From Polyangiales bacterium (lineage in GTDB: Bacteria; Myxococcota_A; Polyangia; Polyangiales; Polyangiaceae): a stretch of 64,000 nt of DNA. Location of the stretch: NCBI GenBank assembly GCA_038231275.1, contig JBBRLQ010000001.1:288001-352000 (forward strand), written 5' to 3'. The position numbers were made by a program, and so were the translations under genes. Under the pieces are notes generated by a model, which had not been told where the DNA came from, did not search any database, and was given only the letters and a program-made list of their open reading frames with translations. Of the stretch, positions 51,984-62,862 are shown piece after piece (positions within the stretch are counted from its first letter, which is position 1; the number at the start of each line of letters is the position of its first letter).

Positions 51984-52268
51984 ATGGCACCGTCCGTGAA
52001 TGCCGAGACGAGGCTTAGGATGGAGCGCGTCGTAGCGTCGTTCCGCCAGAAGCTGGCTGCGGCGCACGGCACCGACGTCGAATGGACGCGTCGCTACCGC
52101 TCGGGCGACGAGGGGGCCATGGAAGAGCTCGTCGTCGAGGCGTGCACGGAAGAGCGCGTCGCGCCGGCGGAATACCACGAGGCTCTGGACTCCGACCCCC
52201 AGCTGAGCGAGCTGCACCGTCGCTGCGTGCGCGAGGTGCTCCTCGGCGCGGTGCCACGGCCGCGGTGA
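51984..52268 (+). CDS. Small hypothetical protein (94 aa)
   Basis: SD GGAGG; GC3-rich codons; helical and charged. Confidence 0.6.
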   Translation: MAPSVNAETRLRMERVVASFRQKLAAAHGTDVEWTRRYRSGDEGAMEELVVEACTEERVAPAEYHEALDSDPQLSELHRRCVREVLLGAVPRPR

Positions 52269-52323
52269 CGAAACCTGTCACGGATCGCCGCGCGATCGGC
52301 CAATCTACGGTGAGGAGACTGCC

Positions 52324-53319
52324 ATGAAGAGATTGATCGTGGGGCTCGGCATCTCGCTCGGGGCGGTCGTCGCGGCGCTGGCGTGCAGCGGAAAGACGAC
52401 CGAGGTGAGCGGCGGCGACGGAGGCTCGAGCAGCGGGACGAGCGGCACTTCGGGCGGGACCAGCGGATCGAGCGGCGGTTCGAGCGGATCGAGCGGAGGC
52501 CTCGTTTCGGGCTGTCCGGCGTCTCCGCCGACGGGCGGCGACGCGTGCAAGTCTGCGCAGCTCCAGTGCGAGTACGGAACGGACACGCGGCCGCTCTGCA
52601 ACACGATCGCGACGTGCGACGGCAGCAAGTGGAACGTCACGCCGCCACAGCAAGCGGGCTGCCCCACACCTCCGCCCGGCCCCTCGTGCCCGGCGAGCTA
52701 CGCAGCAGTCCCGGTGGGCTCGACGTGCACGACCGCGCAGAGCTGCACGTACCCCCAGGGAACGTGCTCGTGCGAGATCTACTGCGGACCACAAGGCCCG
52801 GTTGGTCGCGTATGCGACGCGGGGACTCCGCTCACGTGGGTCTGCACCGGTGCCTCGAACGGCTGCCCGGCGATTCGCCCCCACGCCGGCACGGCGTGCA
52901 CGCAGGAACAGCAATTTTGCTCCTACGGCGACTGCAGCGAGCCCGCGATGCGATGCGTGAACGGGGCATGGCAGCTTCAGCAGCAAGGCTGCCCCGTCTC
53001 GACGCGGACGAAGAAGCAAGAGATCCGCTACCTCGACGAGGCGGACCTGCAGGCGCTCACCGATCGCACGCTCTCGACGCGCCTCGCGACGTACCGCTAC
53101 ACGTCCGGTGATCCGTCGCAGCACCTCGGCTTCATCATCGAGGACGATCCGGAGAGCCCCGCGGTCATGAGCGATCGCGGTCACGTCGATCTCTACGCGT
53201 ACTCGAGCATGGCGGTGGCAACGCTGCAGATGCAAGGACGCGAGATCGCCGAGCTCCGGCGCGAGGTCGACGCGCTGAAGCGCGAGATCGACGCCTCGCG
53301 CAAAGCGCCTAAAAAATAG
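52324..53319 (+). CDS. Cys-rich lipoprotein with C-terminal intramolecular chaperone (peptidase S74/tail-fibre) domain
   Basis: Lipobox ALAC; STRTKKQEIRYL..YRY..HLGFIIED..VDLY..coiled coil. Confidence 0.85.
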   Translation: MKRLIVGLGISLGAVVAALACSGKTTEVSGGDGGSSSGTSGTSGGTSGSSGGSSGSSGGLVSGCPASPPTGGDACKSAQLQCEYGTDTRPLCNTIATCDGSKWNVTPPQQAGCPTPPPGPSCPASYAAVPVGSTCTTAQSCTYPQGTCSCEIYCGPQGPVGRVCDAGTPLTWVCTGASNGCPAIRPHAGTACTQEQQFCSYGDCSEPAMRCVNGAWQLQQQGCPVSTRTKKQEIRYLDEADLQALTDRTLSTRLATYRYTSGDPSQHLGFIIEDDPESPAVMSDRGHVDLYAYSSMAVATLQMQGREIAELRREVDALKREIDASRKAPKK

Positions 53320-53322
53320 GCT

Positions 53323-55236
53323 TCAGCGAGGCTTCGCGGCGACCACGTGGAGCTCGGCGGGAAGGCCCGGGAGGACCTTCCCGAGAAAAGCCTTCGTGCA
53401 GAACGCCGGGTCTCCCTGAACGAGGACGAGCGCGTCGGCCTCCACGGCGTACGCCATGGCCACCGGCTGCGCGCGTAAGCCGGGGAGGAGCGCGACGCCG
53501 TCCTTGGTGTAGAGGAACGCCCATCCGTTCTCCGGCCCGCGCGTGAACCCGATCGCCACCATCGTGGGCGTCGCGCGGTTCACGCTGGTGACGTTGACCC
53601 CCGCGCGACCGAGCTGCGCCGAGAGCTGATCGGCGGAGAGCTCCTGAAGGTGCCTTGCCGTCAGCGGTACGCTGCGCAGCTTGGCTTGACGGGCCTCGAT
53701 CGGATCGGTCGGCCCGCCGCGCGCGCCGCGGACGAGGAGGGGGATGCCGGCGATGATCTTGTCGCGCAGCGCCTCGGAGGCCTTGATGGCGCCGGGCTCC
53801 TTGGTGGTCGCGACGACGAAGAGGACCGCGCCTTCGTCCGCTCCGTACGCGACGGTCATGCTTGGCACCGCGAAGGGCAGAACCGTCGTCGCCACCGCGT
53901 CCAGGTGTGCCTCCGCGTGCGTCTTCTCGGGCGCAGCGACGACGGTCAGCGCGTAGAGGCACACTTGCCATCCGACGCCGTCCTTCGACCAGTTGACGAT
54001 GGTGTACTTCGGCGTGACGTTGTCCTGGCGAAAGTCGATCTTGCCGCCAGCGGCCACGACGCGCGCATCGAGACCTGCGCCGAACAGCGAGGAGAGCGTG
54101 CTCGCTCCTTGCGGAGAAGGATCGCTCGGAAGCGGCACCGAAGGCGCGCCGCCCGCGGCCCAGGTGCGGGCGCGTGGCGCGACGACGACGCCGGCGCCGA
54201 TGAGGATCGCCGCGAGCCCCAGCACCGACGCGCCGACGACGACGCGGCGTGAGGAGCGCATCGGGCTCGAGGGAGCTTGGGACAGCGTATGGCTCGCGGG
54301 AGATACCGTCTCGAGCGGCCATCCCGAGCCCGCCGGCGCCATCATCGGCCGCGCGCCGCCCACATTTCGCGCCGCCAGGGCGTTGCGAGCGGCGTCGAGC
54401 ATCTCTCCCGCGTTCGCGAACCTCTCGGCGGGGCGCAACGCGACCGCCTTCGCGATGATAGGCTCCAGCGCACCGACGTCGACACCACGCGCGCGGGGGG
54501 TCGGCCGCTCGGGGTCCACGATCTCCTGCCGCGGGTCGCCGGTGCGGCCATAGGGCGGTCGCCCCGTCACGAGCTCGACGTAGAGGAGGCCGAGCGCGTG
54601 CACGTCCGTCCACGGCCCCGTGCGCGCGTGGGTGATGTGCTCGGGGGCCGCGTAGGCCGGCGTGAACGGATTCGGGGCCGCCGTCGTCGTTGCATGCCCG
54701 GGGAGATCGTCCGGCGCGAACGCCTTCGCGACGCCGAAGTCGATGACGCGCGGGACGAAGGCGCCGCTCGTCGCCCGGACGATCATCACGTTGGAGGGCG
54801 TCAAATCCCGATGAACGACGTGCGCGGCGTGCGCGTGCGCGAGCGCGGCGAGGAGTGGCTCGAAGATGCTCCACGCCTCTGGCGGCGACAACGCGCGCCC
54901 GTACGCGAAGAGATGCTCCCGAAGGGTCACGCCCTCGACCCACTCCATGACGAGGTATGGGCACTGCGCGCCGTCGTCGGTGACGACGCCGAGATCGTAC
55001 GCGGCGACGATGTTCGGATGCCGGAGGCGCGTCAGCAGTCGACCTTCGTCGAGGAAGCGATCGACGTGCTGCCCGCGCGTCCCGGGCCCGTCGGCCGGGC
55101 CGAGGCGCAGGACCTTGACGGCGATCGGCGCGCCGAACGCGAGGTGGAGGCCCGCATAGACCTCTCCGAATCCGCCCTCGCCGACGAGGCGATCGACACG
55201 GTATCGGCCGTCGAGGATGCACGGAGCCCGCAGCAC
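53323..55236 (-). CDS. Transmembrane Ser/Thr protein kinase with extracytoplasmic C-terminal domain
   Basis: VGEGGFGEVY, IAVK, HRDLTPSN, DFG, FTPAYAAPE; one TM helix. Confidence 0.92.
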   Translation of the reverse strand: MLRAPCILDGRYRVDRLVGEGGFGEVYAGLHLAFGAPIAVKVLRLGPADGPGTRGQHVDRFLDEGRLLTRLRHPNIVAAYDLGVVTDDGAQCPYLVMEWVEGVTLREHLFAYGRALSPPEAWSIFEPLLAALAHAHAAHVVHRDLTPSNVMIVRATSGAFVPRVIDFGVAKAFAPDDLPGHATTTAAPNPFTPAYAAPEHITHARTGPWTDVHALGLLYVELVTGRPPYGRTGDPRQEIVDPERPTPRARGVDVGALEPIIAKAVALRPAERFANAGEMLDAARNALAARNVGGARPMMAPAGSGWPLETVSPASHTLSQAPSSPMRSSRRVVVGASVLGLAAILIGAGVVVAPRARTWAAGGAPSVPLPSDPSPQGASTLSSLFGAGLDARVVAAGGKIDFRQDNVTPKYTIVNWSKDGVGWQVCLYALTVVAAPEKTHAEAHLDAVATTVLPFAVPSMTVAYGADEGAVLFVVATTKEPGAIKASEALRDKIIAGIPLLVRGARGGPTDPIEARQAKLRSVPLTARHLQELSADQLSAQLGRAGVNVTSVNRATPTMVAIGFTRGPENGWAFLYTKDGVALLPGLRAQPVAMAYAVEADALVLVQGDPAFCTKAFLGKVLPGLPAELHVVAAKPR

Positions 55237-55365
55237 CAGTGCATTCTAGCGCGCGAGCGGCTCGCCGGACGAGGCGCCCTATCGCGACGGCCGACCGAGG
55301 CTTCTCGGGCGCGCGCCCAAGTGTCCCGATGCGCCCCCAGCGCGCACGCGCTACCATGCCGGGTG

Positions 55366-56439
55366 ATGCTTCGCTCTGCCGGCGTTGCGCGCGCGCTCTT
55401 CGCGCTTACCCTCCCCGTTTTGGCGGCCGCCAGCTGCCGGAGCGAGTCGACCGTGACGCGGTCCCCCGGCGCATCGTGCGCGACGCCGCCGAGCGACAAG
55501 AGCGTCTGCATCGTCGCGCCCGGCGAGTTTCCTCCGTCCGACTGCGATCCTTCCGCGCACACCTGCGGCGCCGGCGGGCTCTGCGCGATCGACGAGACGA
55601 AGTGCGGCGCAAAGGCGACGTGCTTGCCACTCGCCACCAACAAAGGGCGCACCACCCAGGATTTTCGCATCCGCCGCCTCGCCATCGCCGCGCCCGACGC
55701 CCTCGCCGCGCTGCCGCTCCAGCGCGGCGTCATCACGCGCGACGTCGATCTTCCGAGCAAGGAGTGCGGCGAGGGCGGCCTCGGCACGTTCAACTGGCTC
55801 CTCCGCGTCGATCGCACCAAATCCACGCTGACGACCGGCGGCGCGCCGCGCAGCGCCGATCCGTTCGGCATCGGCTTCTGCTTCCACGATCACGACATCG
55901 CAGGCACGCGCGTCGGGCCGGTCACCGGCGTGCCTCTCACGCTGCGTGGCGACACCTTCACGTCGGCGGCGATCCCGAAGCTCACCGTCCCCATCTTCCG
56001 CGAGGACGGCTCGGCGATCCTCCTCCCGCTCACCAACGTGACGTTCAACGCGGTCACGCTCTCGCAAGGCGGCGACTGCATCGGCGGCTTCGACGATCGC
56101 GCGCTCGCCGCCGACTGCACCGACGACGCGACGAAGTGCTCCAAGTGGAAGACCGCCGGCGCGATCGCCGCGCACATCACGCTCGAAGAAGCCGATCTCG
56201 TGAACGTGGTCGATCTCGGCGCGAGCCTCTGCGCGGTCCTCACGAAGACCACGCCTGGCGCCGATGGAAAATGCGCGCGCGTCGGCGGAAAGATCACCGC
56301 CGCCGGCGACTACTGTTCGTCGACCGGCAAGGCCTGTGATTGCCAAGACAGCTTCTGGCTCGCCGCCACGTTCGCCGCGAGCGCCGTCACGATCAACGAC
56401 GGCGCGAGCGTGAAAGAGTGCTCGGGAGGTGGAGGATGA
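55366..56439 (+). CDS. Cys-rich hypothetical lipoprotein
   Basis: Lipobox AASC; ATGA coupling to the next gene. Confidence 0.8.
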   Translation: MLRSAGVARALFALTLPVLAAASCRSESTVTRSPGASCATPPSDKSVCIVAPGEFPPSDCDPSAHTCGAGGLCAIDETKCGAKATCLPLATNKGRTTQDFRIRRLAIAAPDALAALPLQRGVITRDVDLPSKECGEGGLGTFNWLLRVDRTKSTLTTGGAPRSADPFGIGFCFHDHDIAGTRVGPVTGVPLTLRGDTFTSAAIPKLTVPIFREDGSAILLPLTNVTFNAVTLSQGGDCIGGFDDRALAADCTDDATKCSKWKTAGAIAAHITLEEADLVNVVDLGASLCAVLTKTTPGADGKCARVGGKITAAGDYCSSTGKACDCQDSFWLAATFAASAVTINDGASVKECSGGGG

Positions 56440-57278
56440 GCCTGCGTAGGGTCGCCTCGTGCCTCGTGCCCCTCGCGGTGATCCTCGCCGGCGCGTGCAA
56501 GCAGGACGTCGTCTCCAATGATCGCCTCTGCACCCCCGGAAATTTCGTATTCTGCCGATGCAAGGATCGCTCGGAGGGCACCAAGCTTTGCCACGACGAC
56601 GGGATGGGCTTCGACGCGTGCTCGGCGTGTCAGCCGGGTGAAGAGGTTCCTCCCACGCCCGACTCGCTCGACGCGACGACGCCCGACGCGCCGGGAAAAG
56701 ACGCCGCCACCGACGCAGCGGAAGGCGCGCCGCCCGCCGCCGACAAGGCCGCGCCGGGCGACATTCTCGTCACGGAGGTCATGTACGATCCGTCGGGGGC
56801 CGAGCCAGACGGCGAATGGATCGAGCTCTTCAACGCCGCGTCGGCTCCGCGGCTCTTGAGCGGCCTTCAGCTGAAGGACGGCGGCAACCGCGTCGAGCCG
56901 ATCCCTTCGAATCCGCCCATCGTCCTGGCGCCGGGCCAGTACGCGGTCCTCGTGCGTGACACGGTCGCGGCGACCGCAGCAGGTGTACCGACTGGCGCGA
57001 TCCTCCTCGAATACGGCGCGGGGGTCGCGGTGTCGCAGGGGATCCTCCTCGCCAACAGCGCGGGCGGCGCCGTGTGGCTGATGGACGGGACGACGACGAT
57101 CTCCGGCACGCAATACGGCGGCTGGTTCACCCAGACCTCGCCCGGCGGGCATTCGATTCAGCTGCGGACGCTCTCGCTCGCCGCGAGCGGCACGCAAACG
57201 TCGTGGTGCCTCTCGGCGACGCCCTGGGGCACCGGCCCCGATCGCGGCACGCCCGGCGCCGCCAGCGATTGCCCCTAG
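56436..57278 (+). CDS. Lamin-tail-domain lipoprotein
   Basis: Lipobox AGAC; ILVTEVMYDP...GEWIELFN...GTPGA. Confidence 0.88.
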   Translation: MSLRRVASCLVPLAVILAGACKQDVVSNDRLCTPGNFVFCRCKDRSEGTKLCHDDGMGFDACSACQPGEEVPPTPDSLDATTPDAPGKDAATDAAEGAPPAADKAAPGDILVTEVMYDPSGAEPDGEWIELFNAASAPRLLSGLQLKDGGNRVEPIPSNPPIVLAPGQYAVLVRDTVAATAAGVPTGAILLEYGAGVAVSQGILLANSAGGAVWLMDGTTTISGTQYGGWFTQTSPGGHSIQLRTLSLAASGTQTSWCLSATPWGTGPDRGTPGAASDCP

Positions 57279-57303
57279 GCTAGGCTAGGCTAGACCAAAC
57301 ACG

Positions 57304-57633
57304 TCAACGCATCCCGCCGGTGAGTAGCTTGTCGATCAAGTCTTTCGAGTAGGTCGACAGCTCGCGGAAGACGACGCCCATGCCGGGCGGATCCTTCTCG
57401 ACCCGCACGACCTCGCCGACGCCCTCGATCGTCTCCACGCCGTCCATGATCACGGTGAAGTGGAGGTTCACCTTCGTGCCGATCGCGAGCGGCTTGGCGG
57501 CTTTGATGAACACCCCGGTGCGCGAGATGTTCGTCACGTACTCCTGGATGAACGCATCGAAGGACTCGAACTCCTTGTTGATCGTCACCCGGTCGCTGCC
57601 GCCGCGCTTGTCTTCCTTGTCGTCGCTCTGCAT
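57304..57633 (-). CDS. Stand-alone PilZ domain protein
   Basis: NISRTGVFI, GTKVNLHF, GEVVR, GMGVVF. Confidence 0.88.
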   Translation of the reverse strand: MQSDDKEDKRGGSDRVTINKEFESFDAFIQEYVTNISRTGVFIKAAKPLAIGTKVNLHFTVIMDGVETIEGVGEVVRVEKDPPGMGVVFRELSTYSKDLIDKLLTGGMR

Positions 57634-57653
57634 GCCCAGCCCCGCCCTGCTCT

Positions 57654-59837
57654 CTACTTGCCTTGCAGATCGAACTGCTCGAGGTGGTAGTCCTTCCGCG
57701 GCACGACGTTGATCTTCCGCATGTAGCGGTTCTCGAGCTCGGTGACCGCGGGCTTCTCGGTGCCGGCGAGCAGATCGGCGACCGCCGGGTGCACGCTCAC
57801 CTGCACGGTGTAGCCAGGGAGGTCTGCGCGCTTCCGGCGGATCTCGCGGAGGATCTCGTACACGATCGTCTCTTTGCTCTGCAGCTGTCCGGTGCCGTCG
57901 CAATAGAAGCACGGCTCGTGGAGCAGGCGACCGAGGCTCTCACGCGTGCGCTTGCGCGTCATCTCGATGAGGCCGAGATCGCTGATGCGGTTCAGCGTCG
58001 TCTTCGCCTTGTCCTTCTGCAGCACTTCCTCGAGCGTGCGACGCACCTTCTCGCGGTTACTGTGCTTCTCCATGTCGATGAGGTCGAGGATGATGAGGCC
58101 GCCGAGGTTCCTGAAGCGGAGCTGGTAGGCGATCTCGTTGACCGCCTCCAGGTTCGTCTTGAGGATGGTCTCCTCCATGTCCTTGCTGCCCTTGCCGACG
58201 AAGCGTCCGGTGTTGACGTCGATGGCGGTGAGCGCTTCGGCCTGGTCGATGACGAGGTGACCGCCGCTGGGGAGCGGCACCTTGCGGGAGAGCGCGCGAC
58301 CGATCTCGTCCTCGATGCCGTACGCGTCGAAGATGGGCTCGTCGCCGTTGTAGAGCTCGATGTCCTTCACGCGCTCGGGCGCGAACATCTCGACGAAGCG
58401 GCAGAGGCGCTCGTATTGGTGCTTGTCGTCGATGACGACCTGGTCGATCTCGTCGGTGAAGAGATCGCGCGCGGTCTTGAGGACGATGTCGAGCTCGCTG
58501 GAGAGGAGCGTCGGGGCGCGGGCGCCTTCCTTCTTCTTCGCGATCTCGCCCCAAAGGCGGACGAGGTAGCCGACGTCGGCCTTGAGCTGCTTCTTGGTGA
58601 GGCCCTCGGCGACGGTGCGGACGATGAGGCCGCCGCTCGGGGGTTTCATGCCGTCGATCGCCTCGCGAAGACGGGCGCGCTCTTTCTCGGAGCCGATGCG
58701 CTTGCTGATGCCGATGTGATCGACGGTCGGGAGGTACACGACGTAACGGCCGGGCAACGAGATGTGGCTCGAGCAGCGTGCGCCTTTGGTGCCGATCGGA
58801 TCTTTGGTGACCTGGACGATGATCTCTTGGCCCTCGCGCACGACGTCGCGGATCGGGGTCGACTTGGAGATGCGGTTCGGGACCGCGCCGTTGCGGTTGC
58901 GATCGCGTCCGCCGCCCTGACGATCACCGCGGCCGCCGCGATCGCCGCCGGCCGCGCCACGCTCGCCGCCGCCACCACGCGGAGGCGCGGGCGCGCGCGG
59001 GACAGGCTCGCCCGGCTCGGTGATCGTGAAGCCCGGCAGGTCCAGCTCGTCGCCCCCCGCCGACTTGGCGACGGCCTTCGTCGTCGCGCGCGCCGGTTCG
59101 GAGGTGTGGGTCGCTTCGGCCGCAGGTGCGTCGCCTTCCGCCGGCGGAACGCTGTCCGGATCGCCGTCCCGCTCACCGTCGCCGTCTTCGTCGTTCCCGT
59201 CGTCGACGTCGTCGTTGTTCGTGTCGTCGTCGTCATCTTCGTCGCCGCCGTCGAGGGCGTCGTCCGCCGAGTCGTCGCTGCGAACGCTGGCGTCCGCCGC
59301 GGCGGCCTCGCCGAGGTCGGGCAAGGACGACGCGTCCGCCTCGACCTCCGACGCCGAGGGGGGCACGATCGAAGGCTCGGACAGGGCGGCTTCGGTGCCG
59401 CCGACGTCCGCGTGGCTGTCGGAGGGGGGTAGCGCCGCAACCGACTCCGCCCCCGGGATAGCGACCGCCGCCGTCACACCGTTCGCGACGCCGCTCTGGA
59501 CCGCCGCGGCCTCGGCCTCGTCGACCTCGTCCTCGGCCGGCGCCTCTTCGGTCGACGTTGCGTGCTTGCGACCGCCCTGGAGGTAGGTGTCGAAGTCGTC
59601 GGGGCGGATCAGATCCTCGACATGGAGGAACGCGGCGCGCTCCTGCCCGATGTCGATGAACGCGGCTTGGAGCCCTGGAAGGACACGCGTGACCTTGCCG
59701 AGGACGACGTTGCCGACCGAGCCGGCGAAGGGGTTGTTTTTCCGCTCGAGGTGAAGCTCGGCGATGATGCCGTCTTCGATGAGTGCGACGCGGGTTTCGC
59801 GAACGTCAACGCTGATGACGAGGAGATTCTTGGACAT
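57654..59837 (-). CDS. rng: RNase E/G family ribonuclease (RNase G-like, large S1 insertion)
   Basis: GKVTRVLPGLQAAFIDIG, VQVTKDPIGTKGA, IDVNTG, GGLIILDLIDM, EMTRKR, CFYCDGTG. Confidence 0.93.
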   Translation of the reverse strand: MSKNLLVISVDVRETRVALIEDGIIAELHLERKNNPFAGSVGNVVLGKVTRVLPGLQAAFIDIGQERAAFLHVEDLIRPDDFDTYLQGGRKHATSTEEAPAEDEVDEAEAAAVQSGVANGVTAAVAIPGAESVAALPPSDSHADVGGTEAALSEPSIVPPSASEVEADASSLPDLGEAAAADASVRSDDSADDALDGGDEDDDDDTNNDDVDDGNDEDGDGERDGDPDSVPPAEGDAPAAEATHTSEPARATTKAVAKSAGGDELDLPGFTITEPGEPVPRAPAPPRGGGGERGAAGGDRGGRGDRQGGGRDRNRNGAVPNRISKSTPIRDVVREGQEIIVQVTKDPIGTKGARCSSHISLPGRYVVYLPTVDHIGISKRIGSEKERARLREAIDGMKPPSGGLIVRTVAEGLTKKQLKADVGYLVRLWGEIAKKKEGARAPTLLSSELDIVLKTARDLFTDEIDQVVIDDKHQYERLCRFVEMFAPERVKDIELYNGDEPIFDAYGIEDEIGRALSRKVPLPSGGHLVIDQAEALTAIDVNTGRFVGKGSKDMEETILKTNLEAVNEIAYQLRFRNLGGLIILDLIDMEKHSNREKVRRTLEEVLQKDKAKTTLNRISDLGLIEMTRKRTRESLGRLLHEPCFYCDGTGQLQSKETIVYEILREIRRKRADLPGYTVQVSVHPAVADLLAGTEKPAVTELENRYMRKINVVPRKDYHLEQFDLQGK

Positions 59838-60179
59838 TTGAGGCAGGAGCTTTCCCGCCCGGCCGCGCACACCCATCACCCCGCCCGCCGCGAACGCCGT
59901 TGCCCTCGACCGACGCGACGGCCACATGGCGCTCGTCTCGTTCGTCGACGTAGTGCATCCGTTGTCCTGCGCGCACGGTGATCCTGGAGAGAAATCTGCG
60001 AGAGATTTGGAGTGTGGCCCTGCTCGGGCGCCCTCGACGCTTCCGACGTGGGAGCGTGGAGGGGAAATCTTTGGGGTTGGGGCCACAAATAGTGGCGCGC
60101 TACCCCGCGGCACTTGAACTAGCCGATCAGGGAACAGGTTGCCAGCGCATAAACGAGGCCCACCGGGTGCCCCTTAAAA

Positions 60180-60270
<91 letters not shown>

Positions 60271-60507
60271 GCGCTCGGAACCGCGCAGCGACCCGCAGGT
60301 GTTACCGCTTCACTTCGGCGGGGACAAGCCAAACCTCTCGCGCGCCACTCCGACCTCGCTCACTCCGCGCCGAGGTGAAGGGTCGCTGGAAAATTTTTGG
60401 CGGGTTATCCGAACGATTTCATGCGGTAAGGAAATATGCTACACGTTTTGACCGATTCGGTCTCTCGGTCATTGCGAGGCGCTGGAAGCGAGGCCAGAGT
60501 GCGCGCC

Positions 60508-62832
60508 ATGCGAACCCGAGCCCTCGCCGCGCTTGCTCTTCTTACTGTGCTTTCGCCGCTTCGAACCGCGCGCGCGGCCGAACCGCTCCGCGTGTTCGTA
60601 GGGCGCGCGCCGAACACGACCGCTGCGAGCACGGTCGAAGGTCGCGCGCGGGCGACGGTGAACGCGTTCGTGCCGGCGGCGGCGCGGCTCGAGCTGCCGC
60701 GCGTCGACGTCGCGTCGCTGGGGGATGGAAGCAAGTTCGTTCGCTTCGAGCAGACGCACTTCGGTCTGCCGGTCATCGGGCGTGGCGCGGTGGTGCGGCT
60801 CGACGCACGCGGCGACGCCGTGCTCACCTCGACGAGCCTCGCGACGGATCTTCCGGCGAGCGTGACGCCCTCGGTGGCCGCGGGCGTCGCGGCGAAGACG
60901 GCGAGCGCGCGCACGGCGCTGGAGACGCGCGCCGACGACGCGCACCTGGTCCTCTTTCCGTCGCGCGCGACGGGGACCCCGCGCCTCGCGTGGGCGGTGG
61001 TGCCGGCGATCGTTCCGGGGTTGCCGACCGCGCCGCGCGTGATGGTCGACGCGCTCACCGGCGACGTGCTCGAGGCGCGCGATCTCGTCGTCTTTGCCGA
61101 CAAGGCGAAGGTCTACCCGACCAACCCCGTGAAGAGCCCGACCCTGCTCGACGTGACGCTCGGCGTGACCGCGGCATCGACGACGCTGAAGAGCGAGTAC
61201 ATCCAGTCGGCCAACTGCGTCGACAAGAAGACGGTGAAGAGCTTCAGCTACGGGGGCATCCCGGTCTCTCTCCACATCTGCGACATGGTGAACCTCGTCG
61301 CGCCCGACGCGAACGGCGATTTTCTCGTCGCGCCAGGCACCGACACCGACCCTGCCGACCCCTTCAGCGAAGTGTCGATGTTCTACCACGCGTCGCGCGT
61401 GCGCGATTTCTTCGCGTCGATGCAAGGCAACCCCGCGGCCGACGTCACCGTCGACAAACCGCTCCGGACGATCTCGAACCTCCAGCTCGCGCACGGCGTC
61501 ACGCAGGGGGATTTCACGGCCGCCGCGGATCCGAACACGCCGCTCGATCCGTTCCAGAACGCCTTCTTTTCCCCGGCGGGCGGCGGCCTCGGGCAGATCT
61601 TCGAGCAGCTCTACGGCTTCAACGCCGGCGCGATGTGGTTCGGCCAGGGACCGCGCAAGGACTACTCGTACGACGGCGACGTCATCTACCACGAGTTCAC
61701 GCACGCGGTCGTCGACAAGACCTTGCAGCTCACGCAGTGGCACATCGACGCGTACGGCGCGGTCGACTCGCCGGGCGCGATGAACGAGGGGCTCGCGGAT
61801 TATTTCTCGAGCGCGCTCGCGGGCGATCCGAACGTCGGCGAGTACGCGTCGAAGGACATCTCGCCGACGCTGGACGTCATCCGCACGCTCGACAACACCG
61901 ACACCTGCCCCAAGGCGGTGATCGGCGAGGTCCACTACGACTCGACGCTCTTCTCCGGCGGTCTCTGGGCCGCGCGTGCGTCGCTGGCCGACGACACGGC
62001 GCGCTTCAAGTACGACACTGCGCTCTACAAGGCGATGCTCGCGCATCCGGGGGACGGCGATCTCGGCTACCAGGATCTCGTCCAGCTGTTCCTCACGTCG
62101 CTGAAGACGGATTTGCCGACGGGCGCGACGGCGCTCGAGGCGGAGATGACGAAGCGCGGCGTGCTCCCGGGTTGCACGCGCACGCTGACGTTCACCGGAA
62201 CGGCGCTCAGCGCACCGACAGGCATCACCTCGCCTGGCGAGTACACCGCGCCCGGCAAGGGCAGCGTCGGCGCGACCGATCTGGCGCCGGGCCTCGTGCA
62301 GGTCGAGTGGAACCTGCCCCCGAGCACTGCCAGCGTGACCGTGACGTTCCAGAGTCGTCCGCAGGCGGCGGGCGGCGGCGGTCTCGGCGGAGGCGGTACG
62401 CCGTTCACTCCGGTCGTGCTCGCAAAGGCGGGCGCGGCGATCAAGTGGACGACCGCCGGCAAGCTCGCGCACGACGCGACGTCGACGGTGCCCGCCACGA
62501 GCAACGGCGGAAAGACGCTCGTGACGTACACCGCGCAGATCCCGGTCGCCGACGGCACGACGATCCTTTATGTGCAGATTGCAAACAAAGGCGACACCGA
62601 CGGCGGTTACACGGCGATCGCGCTCTCCGCGACGCCGGCCGACACCACGCCGCATGGAGACGACGCCGGAATAGGCGACACCCCCACGCCGGGCGGCAAC
62701 GCCGGCACGACGACGAAGACCTCGGGCTGCAGCTGCAACGTTCCGGGGGGACCGGCGCCGGCGGGAGGCTTGATGGCGGGCCTCGGCGCGCTGCTCGCCC
62801 TCGTCGTGCGCGTGCGTCGTCGCCGCCCCTGA
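60508..62832 (+). CDS. Thermolysin/fungalysin-like (M4/M36) zinc metalloprotease with propeptide and MYXO-CTERM
   Basis: [39 protein letters not shown]-terminal GCSC, TM helix, RRRR. Confidence 0.92.
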   Translation: MRTRALAALALLTVLSPLRTARAAEPLRVFVGRAPNTTAASTVEGRARATVNAFVPAAARLELPRVDVASLGDGSKFVRFEQTHFGLPVIGRGAVVRLDARGDAVLTSTSLATDLPASVTPSVAAGVAAKTASARTALETRADDAHLVLFPSRATGTPRLAWAVVPAIVPGLPTAPRVMVDALTGDVLEARDLVVFADKAKVYPTNPVKSPTLLDVTLGVTAASTTLKSEYIQSANCVDKKTVKSFSYGGIPVSLHICDMVNLVAPDANGDFLVAPGTDTDPADPFSEVSMFYHASRVRDFFASMQGNPAADVTVDKPLRTISNLQLAHGVTQGDFTAAADPNTPLDPFQNAFFSPAGGGLGQIFEQLYGFNAGAMWFGQGPRKDYSYDGDVIYHEFTHAVVDKTLQLTQWHIDAYGAVDSPGAMNEGLADYFSSALAGDPNVGEYASKDISPTLDVIRTLDNTDTCPKAVIGEVHYDSTLFSGGLWAARASLADDTARFKYDTALYKAMLAHPGDGDLGYQDLVQLFLTSLKTDLPTGATALEAEMTKRGVLPGCTRTLTFTGTALSAPTGITSPGEYTAPGKGSVGATDLAPGLVQVEWNLPPSTASVTVTFQSRPQAAGGGGLGGGGTPFTPVVLAKAGAAIKWTTAGKLAHDATSTVPATSNGGKTLVTYTAQIPVADGTTILYVQIANKGDTDGGYTAIALSATPADTTPHGDDAGIGDTPTPGGNAGTTTKTSGCSCNVPGGPAPAGGLMAGLGALLALVVRVRRRRP

Positions 62833-62862
62833 CGAACGCACAAAGTGCTAGGTTGCGGGCCC

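Noticed and set aside
52324-53319. Prophage, suggested by the tail-fibre chaperone domain
   Set aside because: The protein has a lipoprotein signal and the neighbours are cellular; no phage structural or integrase genes.
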